A stretch of 63,940 nucleotides of DNA, the filler included, from Folioceros fuciformis (Eukaryota), in the NCBI GenBank assembly GCA_049999805.1. It is 5 parts of 4 records of this genome, joined end to end, with 100 filler letters (N's around TTAATTAATTAA, not from the genome) between each part and the next. Parts side by side here need not be neighbours in the genome. Positions count along the whole stretch, not along the records: positions 32,497 to 50,343 come from JBNGIO010006043.1; 4 more parts are not named here. One strand, 5' to 3'. Position 1 is the stretch's first letter. Each line of letters begins with the position of its first letter. Shown piece by piece: positions 33,687 through 47,177 of this stretch. Under the pieces are notes generated by a model that was not told the origin of the DNA, made no database searches, and worked only from the letters and a program-made list of their open reading frames with translations. The position numbers and the translations under genes were made by a program.

Positions 33687-34983
33687 CACCTGAGCTACTT
33701 GCATTTCCTCCTCCACTTATTGACTACATTGTCTACTGCTATACTGCTATACCATAGCTGTAGCGTTATTGTGGCAGGGCACCGAGGACTCGGAATCGGT
33801 GAGCATTGATATTGGTGACTTGCAACCAATTTATTTATGAGCACCAAGTGCAAGGCAAGGGGCAAACTGCAAAGGCTGGCCAACCAAAAGGCAGGGACCA
33901 GGGCTCTACAATATGCACTATCTGACTGACAGCCAAGGAGTTTGTCCTGGCCCCTCTGCCTTACATTGAAGGAAGACGAGGGCATACTTGCCAAAGGTTT
34001 AACGGCAGGATCAATTTAGGACATGGAGTAAGGCTTGACCCTGGCGTTCATCGGCTTTTTCTTGCCATAGCTGTGATAATATGATTCCGTTTGTGACGCT
34101 CATACAGGTGATCTACTTCAATGCTGCCATAATGCGCCTCCTCCATGTCGGTCACCGCATTGAAGTTGATGAACATCATTTGCGACCTCAACTAGGAATT
34201 ACGACTGGATTACATTATTATGGCCGCATGCATGACCTAGATTCTGCCGGCTTGTGCACCGGGCGAGGGGCCGAGTCCGGGACCGGGTCCGGGTTCTGCT
34301 CCTGATCCCAGTCCCGGTCCCGGTCCCGGACCTCCTCTGCCTTGGTGAATTCAGGGGAACCACAAGATATTTTCAGGCTCGGTCGTCCAGTTCCATTCCG
34401 TCTCCTTTCTTCTTGTCCCTTCCATTCCCTTCCCTTCCCTTCCCTTTCCTTCCCTCCGAGCGAAAGCCTCGGCCCCGCACTCGGCCCTGCCCTTACCCCT
34501 CCCTCGCGTTGACAGAATCTTGTGCAGACGGGAGTGGGAGTGGGCGCAACGCATTATTGGCAGTCGGCGCTTATTTTACACGACCGTCTCCGCTCACACG
34601 TGACCCTACTCGCTTTACGACCCTCTGCCTGTCTGCACCGGGTCCGGAACATGTGATAGCGTTTCTGATGCAGTTTGCATTGCACAAACACGCGCACTCC
34701 TGTGTGTTGAACCGATTCCCCTGCATGCACCACACGTTACTACTGTAGCAGGAGTTTCTGTAGGATTCAACGCCATCGATTCACACTGCAACGCCAGCGA
34801 AACAGCTGCATATATTTGCTACCCTTCCAGGCTGGCTGTCGGTTTTGTACAATGGTGCCAGCTGGTGAACCCTCGTGAAACAATTGTTGCTGGCATATCC
34901 GGTGGGAACTACAAATTATGCGAACCGTGTGATTCCTTACTTGCAGGAATGCCAACACAGGCAACACAGTTCTAGCTCTCATC

Positions 34984-37900
34984 TCAGCAATTCTTGCCAC
35001 GTCGCTGGGATCTGTGCAAGGTGTGTGTATCGTAATCCAGGGACGCGGTCGCCCATAATCGGGTAATCTGAATGGGTCACGCAGTAGGACCAGTGAGAAG
35101 GAAGCAGGGGAACCAGACCTGCGACAGCTCGGATCACCTGCCCGATTTTGCATAAGCACCATTTTCACCTACCTCTCTCAACCGGAGATGGCTCAAGTGC
35201 AACAGATGTCCTCGTCTCAAGCCGGCGTCAAGATCCTCCTGCCAAAGAAACCCATGTCAGCTACAATCATTCAAGACCCAGAACGAAAGGCGCAGACTGC
35301 TCCCGACGAGTTTTGGAAAGGGGGGAGGGGGGAACACAATCTACCTCTCCATGGAGATCCAAGTAGAGTGACGGAGCTACGCAGACCCGCTCACTGCGTA
35401 GTACCACCAGTTGCGTGGAATGGAGCAGAAGAAATATCCCTACGCTACTGCAACCGCCTGCGTGCACAAAAATGCGTCACACACAAGCTGGTTCCATCAC
35501 TTGAGCGTGTTCCTATGCAGTGCGCCAATGGCAAAACTATCCCCAACCTTCAACCGCATGGTTGTAGCATTCGCCATAACCTTCCTTCACGTGGCCATAG
35601 CAGAAAATCTTCCCACACGATAGACACATCGCAGGTTCTCTGCAGGCACTCGGCGTAAGTACAGCCCCAAGCAAACACAAGATATTAAGGTCAGAGCAAC
35701 AAAGCTACCCCCACACTCACTCGGGAACCTCATTGCAGTTGCTGCATGGAGTCTTTAACCGTTGGAGCATGAGGTCCTACAAGAACGTTAGACCTTCCAG
35801 TCAGAACTCGAAGGGGCTACAGACGAGACAACTTGCAGCATACTGGAACTGCTTTACAGCCAGCAAACACCTGGAATATCTCTGGCAGGCTAACAAAAGA
35901 GATCCGCCGAGGAATCTGCAGCAGAACAGTCTCCAGCATCCACGAGTCCTGCAGAAGGACCACACACACACACAGGACCACACTTATTCCTGCTGACGAT
36001 GATGGTTTCACAACAGACGGCTTCTGTGCAATACAAGAGATCGGTAACAACAGCTAATAACAGAACTGTTGCCAGACGTAAACTTACTAGTCTTTCTTGC
36101 CAGATTTGTTGCAGCCTGTTTGTTTCCGTCCGAACCCCTGGAAAACAGTAGACACATGCAACAGCGTAACGGGTTGAATATCCTGACCACCATGAATATT
36201 TTTGAGTCACAAGTAGGCGAACCGCACCATTAATTGTGATATACTGCACTTTTCTGGGATTTCGCAATCTTAGCCAGCGCTCCAAGAACACAGAGTCCAA
36301 ATCTGCAAGGCATAATTCTTTCAAATCAAGACTTACAGCACATAAAACGGAGGAAATTGCGGTTTCACTGACAGTCGGAAAAGACCATGTACCTCGGTAA
36401 CCTTCACAGCCTGTCAGCTGCTTGCCGCTTAGGGCCTCCACCTGACACACCCCATGTCACGTCACACGAGCGATTTTGCTTGCCAACCAATCAAACTGGA
36501 TAAAGCCTAAGAATGTACCAGAAGAGCCGCTCTGCGTAAGAATGGAGAGCAACCCGTTTGATTAAGATCATCCGCAATCCAGACAGAGGAATCACCACGC
36601 CTCCTGTTGAGTGCTCCGATGGCCAAAGACCCTTGAGTATAACACACAAAATGTGCCAGGTGAACGAGTGCTAATAGTTGCACAAATGACGGACACCCCC
36701 TCATAGCCTGCCACAGACACGCAACACTCAGACTGGCTCAACAATGAGACACGTTTCTCTTTCATCAGACATTGCGGTGAATACTTACAACCAGTAATCT
36801 GATGAGAAGTCCAAACGAGTCTGTTGCTAAAACCATCCCACTAACTGTGGTGGAAAAGTTCCAAAGCCAGTCTTCCTCTGTTGCCTGTCCGAACTGAACT
36901 TGATGACTGCGCTTCCAGTCCACCTCATCCTGTACGGCCTCAACGCTGGCTGTTGGAACGCTTTCATCAGTCCTCTCATCCGACATCTCTGAATCATCCG
37001 AGCTAGACTGTGACTGCAAATAATCTCTTGAAACAGCAGCAACCGAGCTCATGTAGTTTGAGTCAGGCCTCGCCTCTACAACCAAACCCTTTCCTTTTTC
37101 ACTTGCGGCTTGCTGGCTTCGACTGTGCATGCCAAATGATTCTTGCAACTTCAAACCCTCCCGACCTTTCGCACCAGCTGCACAGACAATTCCTCTTAAA
37201 TGAGCAGAAATTGAAAAGATCCCATGAAGCGCACACCATTACCACAACCAATGAACAGCCACACACCAGCAGGAGGTGATACTCGCAAAATATGTAACCA
37301 AACTCAAGAAAGCCATGCAGTAGCATTCATCACCAATGTCTTACCAGCCGCTGGTAAAGTGTTGGCCAGCACGGCAAGCCTCCCAAGTTGCTGTATAGCC
37401 AGCCAATGTGCAGCATCTCCTCTGCACAAGAACCCATCTCGCATTTCTAATGATGTAGATGACGAAGCTTCCTGGCCTGATGGTCGAGAGACATCATTCC
37501 TCATCTCGACATCTGCGTGTACTATATTCACTGCCAGCACTTCCCATAGGACCTGCAGATGATTGAGAGGCAGTTCGTAAGTCCAGTTGCAGAGCCACAG
37601 CAGCCAATACGTGCCCAAACCCATGTGATCGTGAGTAGCCACAGACTTTGCATGTACACTTACTCGACAAAGCGTTAAGGCCTTCAACTCTGCTGGAGGT
37701 TCCATCCTAAAATTCTTTCGCACCCTCAAACACTGCAACAGAACCCAGGTTGTTGGTAAGGAAAAACAACGAACCATGACAGGACGTGGTTGTCACAGGA
37801 AAACACACCTGTGAAGCGAACACATTGATAACTTGAGCCAAATTTTGATTGGCTGCCCAAAACTCCGCCCAGTACTCCCCTGCCTCATCTTTTTCACCAT

Positions 37901-40900
37901 TTAGCACCACAGATATATCGGCATCATGACCTCCATCCAGTCCACACCATTGTGTATTCCCACCCGATGTGCTGGGTTCCTGGTCATGATCGTGTTGCAC
38001 CCTATTCCAAGCTAGTGAGGCATGGACGTCTGGCAGTAGAACATTCGCCAATCGGCGACATATAGGACAAAGAAATTCCATCCTGCTAAGATCTATAATG
38101 CCTTTCCCTGAAGACACAGAGGTATTCACGAGAATTCAACGTCATTGAAACAAGAGCATCCTGCTTAGTCTCATGTTGGCGATCTTGTGGTTGCCTTACC
38201 ATTGTGGCCGCCCACATCCTAGTCATCAGCTTCCGACAAAGCAGAAAAAAGAGGAATTGCAAGGGAAAAAAAAAAATCCGCCTAGACCATTCATAGAATA
38301 GTAGGAGCTGAATTATCCAATACCAAGTGACAAAAGAGACATCAAGTAAATAAGATACCTTCATACGACCACCGAGCATAGTGGCGTTTCACCAGTGAAT
38401 CCACATAGCCCTGGAAACATATTTGATGCATCTACAGAGCAAGTTTAACTTAGGCCAAAGCTAGTAAGTCATACGCTAGTAGCAAACAGTCAATACAATC
38501 AGGGGTCTTAACCTAAATGTAATATCAGCCACAAGCAACACAACTTCCAAGGAGTATACCTGGTGTCCACAACACCTCACATGTTCGGCCGGATAGGCAT
38601 CAATCATAGTAGACTTAGCAGGCTCCCCTTTGAAACTTGCCGCAACAGCAACAAGTGCACTATCTGCTCTACTAAGTAACTCTTCTATATCTTGCACAAG
38701 CTTCCCCCTGCTGACCATCACATCTGCAAGATTGTATCTTTGCACCAAAGCAATCCACCCGGAGTTTTTGCCGTCACACTGATTTCTCATCACAGTAACA
38801 TCAGACAGGCACAGCACAATCTTGCCACACAGTGAATATTACAATAATACACAAGCGATTCAAAAGAGGCACCAAAGGCACTGACCGAGCATCTGCAGAA
38901 TGCACACTCACGGGGGTAGTAGCTGTGATCAGTAGATAGCAGCATACTTCCAGAATCAGCAACAGTTGGTCCTGACTGAACCGGGGAGGGACAATGACCA
39001 AGTTCAGTGTCCGACTGCTCGACCACCACCTCCCTATCTAAGACTTGATCTTCACCCTGTTGCTCTATAAATGCCTTTTGCCTGCAAGAAGGTAAACAAC
39101 CTGTCACTGATGATCATAAGGAGATCCGCCCACCCAAATGGTAAAACCCGTTCTCACCTGGCTGCAAAATCCTTTAAAATAGCTTCTTGCCTCTGCTTCT
39201 TCAACTGTCGTCGCTCGTCCTCCATAGATAGGTCAACCATCTAAGAACATTCACTGTATCAGAAACCTGGGACACTTGATTTACAAGCTTTAATAATTCA
39301 ACCAGCAAAGAGTACAACCTGGGGATAACTTATGATTGTAACATCTGTGCGTGAATCACAGGAGGGCAAAAACGACAAAACGTGGATGACGGAGTCCACT
39401 AGACCTATGCCACACAACAACAAAAGATCAGGAAATCCAACTTCGGAACCATCAACAAAATGTCGCTGATGAAGTACACGTACGCATAGAATCTTTGGTT
39501 TTCTGCAAGCCCAACAGCATCGTGTGTATTGTTGGAGCTGCTGTGTCTCCACGACGCCATTCCAGAAGCCCAGTATCAGGATTGAAAAAGGGCAGTCCAT
39601 AGATGTTGTCATATACAGGGTCCAAAGATGAGACAGAAGGAGCTCCAGCGTGGCGAGTGCCAGACGATGGTGAGACTTTCCTTGGTTTTGAGGAACCTTC
39701 CCTGAAACAAATGCATCCAAGACTTACAAATAGTTGCAGCTAAGACCAATGCAGTTCAGGACCACCACCTCTACCATCAAGGGACGAAAAATGTTCTGCT
39801 CCTCTTCCAGAGAAATTACGATAAAAAAAGTCAGCTAAAGAGAGTGCTGCCACAAAGTCATGACTCGCTTGTGCACACTTACCGCCCATCGGCAAGAACC
39901 ATAGCCAACATCTGCAGGGCAGTAACCCCCAGTGCTTCCGCAGCTGTTGCAGTTGACTCGTCCTTGACAAGAACTGTAACATGGTACAGCACATTCCATA
40001 TAAGCTGGGAACATGCCTGCAAAACCAATGAAAAGACAGTGAAGCCTGGTTTTTAAGTCTAAAAGGGATGCATCCAGCATACAAGAACCAAGACAAGCAC
40101 AGCAAACATTGTCCCATGGTTCACGACGGGCATCAGTTCAGCAAGAACCAGGACAGACCTGCGTGTGTAGCAGATTTATCAGCCGATGAAAGGGTGGGCG
40201 TGCCAGTGGTGGTTGCGGGAGTCTCCAGAAATGCTCCAGCTTCCCAATACTAACGGCTCTCTCCTGCATTCAGAACAGATACTGCAATATGTCAGAACTA
40301 CAAACTCTAAACACCAGGAGCCAGCTGCATGTAGCTCAACAATTATTTTCAAAGTCCTATTGTCATCTGACTATCCTAAAAATACACCTGTGCATCTTCC
40401 AAGTCATTTGAGTAGAACTGGGCAAATAGAGGATCAAATTCCACCCAGCACTCTTGTTTCAACTGATAGCAACCTCGTTCTTGCAGCTGTAGCCAGAACA
40501 CAAAGCTTCAGAAACCACAACAGAAAACAACAAAACAAACAGCAACAACAACAAAACAACAACCTCATTGCAACAGAAAACAACAAAACAAAAGTCGAAC
40601 CTTCGGAGCAATGTAGACAGCAACCTCTTGCAGCATCACACTGAGCTTTGCGTGATCAGTGGTGAATCCATTAACAGAACTATATAACTACAGCCAGAAT
40701 AAGCAAATGAGTGCCAAATGTTGCTGGAAAAAACTACCCAATTGAAGACAGGAGGATGGCATCCTATCCACCTGTGAGAAGGTTGTGTCTCGCGCACACA
40801 GCCATTGAATCACATCGTATCGCAGGCTTTCACTCTGTAGAAGACAGTCTTGTGGAAAAATTAGTAAAGAGGTTTGATATCCTCCGACCGACAGAACAAG

Positions 40901-43900
40901 GAATCCCAGCCAGTTACCAAAATCAAATAAGTACCTCAGTCATTCCTGTGTTATGGCGATCTCGAACGACCTGAATTGCACACAGATCTCAAGTTATGTA
41001 CATAGAGGTGGGTAAGCAACTCAGCACCACCAAACTGTCAAACGTCATACCAGCAAAATCAAACGCAGAAACTCCTGAAGAAAACCAATTTTCTCATGTG
41101 TTAATTTCTTCATAGGCTGGCTTTCCAAATATGCTGGTCGCGTCACGAAACTGAGCAGCTGAAGTTGAGAACAAAAGCCCATGCTTAGAAACTGTGAGGA
41201 ATAAGGAAACAGAACCACACTGCAAAACTTGAACTCACATCAAACTGCTCAGCCAATGCCGAAAATATGGTCTCCTCCATATGTTCCCGGATGACACAGC
41301 AAAACTGTAGCATAAGCACATCCATATCCATTGATCTGTAAAACAAAAACACAAGTTAGAAGAGCATTTGACGATGTAATGTCAACATCTTCACACCGAC
41401 CATTAACACCTGTCATGATACTAGAATGAATCACGACAACCACAACCTAGATTTTTCAGAAGAGTCCGAAGGACAGAAAAAAAATACATACTGATCATGC
41501 CAGAAGCTTCCACGATATATCAACTCAAGGCGGCCAAAACTTTCAAGGTTCAAGTGCCCATGTCGAACCCGAACCTTTTTATGGCAGAAAAAGAACACAG
41601 GACTGCTTCTCAGAATGGAGAGTACCATAGCTCCAAAACACAATGAAGTTCACAGCTTCACCCCTGATTCTTAAACTACTCCAAACACGAACCTCAGACA
41701 TCCACGCCAATACCCTCAGTGGATGCTCCATCAGCGAAAGCACCTACAACCAAAACAAAGATCTCAGTCACCCTGTTCACAGAATTACAACTACCCAAAA
41801 CCAGCGCACCAACAAGTACCTTGGCTTCTGACAGATTAGCCTGCAACTCACTGATGAAACCCTGGTCTGCATCCCCCCATTGCATAAGCACAAGTCTAGA
41901 GACAATGGCACTCAGAGTCCTGTGAAGAGGAATATGCAGGGACAATCCGTTAAATGGTCCCCGAGTAGGTTTGACCTGCATAGATCACATGAGCCACAAA
42001 AATGTAGTACCTGCTACTGCCTTCCTGTAGCCCTATCTCTCATGCGAGCACAAAAGACATGCATCAGAATACAACAGTGCAAGGAGAACAAATGCAAGCT
42101 CCACAGCAAACCAAATGATCCACTTTCACAACCAGGCCAAACTCAAGGAGGGGTAGTCACCTTGGACAAGCTACTCAACAACTCCCGCAAGGTTGCTCTG
42201 GCGAACTGAAGAAGCGCAATGCGACAAGTCTCCTCATCGCTTTGAGCGAGTGCAGAACAGCGGCAAATAAGCTGAAATACAATAGCCATCGTACCCATCT
42301 GCCAAATCATTTCAATTAAATCTATGTAACAAGAATCATTGAACACAGAGCTGAGTAACAGGAAAAGTGCAACACGCTCTAGATCCTGTCACTAAGTAGA
42401 CATCTAATTCTTTAAGGAAGCTAACTTTTAGAAGTACAACCACTCCAAGAGAACCCAAACGAACACAAGCCAACCAATGCACAGGTTTGTGGCATTGCAA
42501 TGCCACAAACCAGTTGTACACATGGATATTGCATTTTGTGAAAAGGCATATGGCAGTTTTAACAATCCGCCTCAAAGAAGGCCACCAGTCAACGATATAA
42601 CTTCCAAATGTCCCATCCATAGTGAAAAGAGTCAAAATCTCCCAACATGACGTCCTTCAAAACGTAGTGATGGCACAGCAGCTATTTTGCATTCTGTGAA
42701 TAGGCATATTGTGATTTTAACAATCTGCCTCAGAATGAATGCCATTCAACAATCTAGATCAGGATTGTGAATCATAGTCCAAGCATGTTCAGCATGCACC
42801 AGACCTCTGTAGCAAGAGAACACTACAGAGCTATGATGACTGCAAAAGATTTTGCACCAATTCATACACAACTGAGACTTGTAGCAACAGAATGTAATCA
42901 GTAAAGTGGCGCTGCAGTACTCCTTGGACAACTTTTCGTCCAGCCTCAGACATATTGCACCCTGTTTCAACAACTGTACAAGTAAAGTTGAGACGTAGTT
43001 CTCTGGAGGAAAACACCACTACATACTCCTTCCAGAAGTCGACAGAAGATACAAATCACCCCGTGCCAATGAAAGGACAGGAATCTGCATCCGTCTACAA
43101 GCACATTGCATCATACTCCTTTTCTCCACAAAGTGCCTCCTAAAAAGATGCATTACGGTGGGAACTCAGTTCTCCTGACAAGCACAATTCTACCTTTGCA
43201 TTTCCCCTTCAGCAGTCAATACAAGATAATGCAAGTGACATTACCCCGTGCCAATGAAGGGACAGCATTTTGCATCCGCGTATAAGCACAGTGCACCACT
43301 TTTCTCAACAAAGTGCCTTCTAAAAGATGCCTTCAGGGTGACNNNNNNNNNNCCACTTTTCTCAACAAAGTGCCTTCTAAAAGATGCCTTCAGGGTGACT
43401 CAGTTCTCCTGACAAGACAACGTCCTACCAGATGATATTTTCCATCCAGCATTCAAAACAAGATAATGCATGTGGACATTATCCTGTGCCAAAAGGGAAA
43501 ACGTTTTGCATTCGCGTGTAGGCACAGTACACCTTATTTTTCACGGCGATGTGCCATGTAACAAGATTGCCTATGGTAAGAACCCCCAGATTCACTGACA
43601 ACCACAGGTCTACCTGATGCATGTCACCTCAGCCATCAAAACAAGGAGCATATGCGAAATCAAATCCAAATTGAAACAATAGACGAATTTGTCATCGCAC
43701 CAAGCATGAAACCAGTTTAAACCTTCGAAAAACAACAGACGTGATTCAACTAAGGGACATAAAAACTCAGTCAGCACGACAAAAAGCACTTTTGACTGAG
43801 CACACCATCAACCAGAGTTGTAAACCACATATTAACAGGAACACAACGGAGAGCTCAGGATGGTACGTTATCTAACCTCCAGCTGTATTGCGTTCTTCCA

Positions 43901-46269
43901 AGATTGCTGTTCCTCGAAGTCAAAATTCTGATTTCGAGTGTACGGATTCATCCACTACAGAAAATGACAAAAACGAACATTTCAAAAAGATGAATGGCTG
44001 ATGCGAGAAGTGCCGATGGTTTGCAAAGCAAGATGCAACTACGAACAGACAGGACAAGTGGAAAGGGAAGGACCTGAAGCTGAGATAATAGAGACAGCAG
44101 CTGTCGAACAATATCCTTCTTCTCTAACAGCACATACAAGGCAACTGCAGAGTGTGACAGCATCAGCCTCAAATCACCTTGAGGACGTGTATAGATCTGC
44201 AGAGTAGAATTCCCAACATGTCACGTCCAAGAGACTGATATTCAGCAACAAATTCTTTCTTCTATGTTCTTCACGTTAAAAACGCCAACCTTAGCGGATA
44301 TAGTTTTGTGCTCTGCATTCACAGTCCCTACATCCCTGCGAGAGACATCCATTGGAAGTTATTTAACAGAGAACACAGGGTACAAGAAACATCAGCGGAA
44401 ACATGTGATTGGACTCAAAGAAAACGATTAGTTGATCACTGTGCGAAGGGTACCTGGAAATGCACTGACTCATAACAGAGACCAACGTGGACAAGAAGCA
44501 TTCCAGCAGCCGATTGTGCTTAATAAATGTGAGAGTTGTCTCAGGAACATTGAAGAGCTGCACCATTACTGCACAGGATTCCAGTAAGCAGTGGCACAAT
44601 CATCACCCTGTCAAATGCAAGACCTGTGTGTGCTGTGAAGCCAGAAGCTAGTGCTCACCTCTGTCCAGAGACTGGTCAAGGGCCTTAAACCCACTGGCAG
44701 CTTCAGCAGATGGCGCAGCATTAACAAACGGGAGTATCATATCTGAATAATGATGCAAAACTTCATGAGAGAACGACACCTTGAACTCTGGATTGTACAG
44801 CATTTGCAAAAACAAAGTCGTCTCCTGCATGCATTACTTTCGTCACTGAAGGACCGGAGTCTGTAAAAAGCACTCAGGATTCCGAGAACAAAATATAAAA
44901 TATACGATACCGACACTGTGGCAGTATCATACCCCTTCCATGAGAGTGTCGGGCATCTTTGAGAATGTAGAGAGCAGGATTTCCAGAGGTTTTTCCAGGG
45001 GAGCACACTGCCAACGTCCAAAACAGCCGAAGGACTTAGAATTGTATCTCATCGGGCATGAAATATGGCCACCCGTTTGTGATTGTTCTCAAAGGCGCCA
45101 AGTACAGTATAAATGAAGCATCCATTTCCACTTCCACATACCGCAACTTCAGTTGGTAGGTTCACCATCATCTCTGCACATAGGATGTCGCGGAAAGGTT
45201 CAACTGAGCAAATCTGCACCAGAACACCCCTTTTCAACAAGGCAGAAATTTCTTTTCTTTTCCTGCAACACCCTGCCCTTTATTTCAGCAAACTAAAAGG
45301 TCATATCATGCTGCAGTGTCTTCGTTAACATGCCTTCTGTGACCAACGAATCAACAGACTTGCTGGCGAAATATCATCCTCTGTCCCCATCCTGTGGATT
45401 TCCTTGACGCAAATAATAAGCTCCTTCAACACACGACGCACTGCGTTCCCCAAACTCAGCAGGATCAGCAATCTGGGGGATCAACAGCCTTCGTGACACC
45501 AATCACATTGATCCAATTTAACAAAATACCTGCTCGTTGGGCTGCAGCAGCCACTTGTGGAGGCAAAGAGGCGACTTTATCAGGGACAAAGCGACGGTGG
45601 ATATCACAGAAGCTGTTACTGCCAGAGGCACACAGTCAGGCGCCAAGTCCACAATTCGACCTCACACCATCCAGGTAAACCTAACTACGGTCAGTGAAAA
45701 TTCACCTCTCCGGCTTCCACGAGGCATCGTCCCCGCAATCGCAACATCCCCCCGCTTCACTCCGGTACATAACTGCCCGAGAAAGAACAGTCAGTACCAA
45801 ACACAACGCGACCAACATCCTTCCGGGAGGGAGGGGGACGAATGAAAAAAAAAACAAAAAAACAAAAAAAAGGGGCGGAGACCCGTGCTACACGCACCAT
45901 AGTCGTGGTCCTTATGATCTCCGGCCTGGAAGCAGCTGACGCAAATCGCACTGCAGAAACAACATGCGCAAGAATCAGCCCGAGTGCAAAGGCATCGAAC
46001 AGACCGACAGACAGGAGGATCCCGGCAGAACTCGACCTGGACTCATTCACTTGGCAGGAACGACAGCGGTAGGCGATGGTGCCCCTGGTCCACACCGAGG
46101 TGCACTGCCTCTGCCCGCTCTCCTGCAGCCGCGAGAGGAAGGCGTCGAAATTGAGGTCTGCTCCGCCACAAATTTCCCGCTCCAGGTTCTGTAACCCGGC
46201 TTGCGCATCCCGCAAGCTGGCCCACGAATGCTGCACCTCCATCGCGGACGTCACGTCTGCGGCTTGCAT
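34984..46269 (-). CDS. UBR-box / RING-H2 N-recognin-family E3 ubiquitin ligase (UBR1-3/PRT6 family), multi-exon
   Basis: The UBR box spans several exons: QCTSVWTRGTIAYRCRSCQVNESSAICVSCFQAGDHKDHDY..MYRSEAGGCCDCGDDASWKPESFCDIH. Central LHIPLHR (about 41930). RING parts CAFCR, HVRCCGH and EFLCPICRRLAN (38045-38910). C-terminal SLYLDLHGEED..LRRGHLLHL, with TGA at 34984. The start codon is uncertain (first in-frame ATG at 46269) and not all exons were mapped. Confidence 0.88.
42525..42745. repeat. Intronic two-copy diverged direct repeat (~160-bp spacing)
   Basis: TTGCATTTTGTGAAAAGGCATAT..TTTTAACAATCCGCCTCA versus TTGCATTCTGTGAATAGGCATAT..TTTTAACAATCTGCCTCA. Confidence 0.7.
43058..43650. repeat. 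Intronic ~185-bp tandem repeat, about 3 diverged copies
   Basis: Units beginning (A)CCCCGTGCCAATGAA at about 43058, 43243 and 43481. A 10-N gap is flanked by duplicated sequence. Confidence 0.8.
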
Positions 46270-47177
46270 CGCATGGCTCGGGCAACATTCCGATGCTTGG
46301 GTCGCGGGCGGCTCATCCACTGGACCCTAGACTGCGATGGCACACCCCAGCAGCTGCCTGTGGCCAGCGTCTCAGGGAACGCAGCTTCCTCTCCAGGTAA
46401 GACAGACGGCGTCAATCGCAGTTCCAGAGACCCTAAAATCATGAGCGGTCTCCCCGAGGGGTCCCACGCTGTCTGGCTGGTGCACTCTGTACTGGTTGCC
46501 CGCTCGGCTGCCAGCCTGCAGCGAAGAGAGTAGTGGTGGCCCTCACCAGTTCCCCTGATTTCGTGCTCCCGCACGTGTTGCGTCCACGTTGTATGTTACA
46601 TACAGTACGTACATACATCAGAGCCACCCGGCGTAGGGCAGTCATCTCACACTTACAGTTTTACACAGCGTTGCTTCTCACTCCAGCCTTCTCGTCAACT
46701 GCAGCTTGACAGGATGAACTTCTCCATGTCGTGTTGGACATCACTCTCTGCAAACATGAGGTAGCCTCTTGGGATTCCCACACCAAGAAAGGCGCGCAAC
46801 CACCGGCGGGTGCTCCACACCCGTATGCTTTCCAATATCACGCATACCGCAATGATACTCACTAAGTCTTTTGACGTGTAATACACCCTTCCCAGTACAT
46901 CCAATGCCGACTTCCCGGCAGCCTCGTCAGACAGCGAGCACACTGAACGGACGTGGATCGGCCAGGGGAAAAAGGTTCAACCTTGGTCATGGGAGCAGAA
47001 AACAAAATTACACCTTGGCCACACGGCTATACCGTAACACAAATTGGTGCCCCTCAATATCTTAGACTCGTCTTCCCGAAAATTGCATCCCTCCCCGCCA
47101 AGCATGGCAAGGGGAGTTGATCCGAGTCGATGCAGGGTGTCCCCGTGCAAAATGCCACTGCCTCTCAAGCTATGGGA

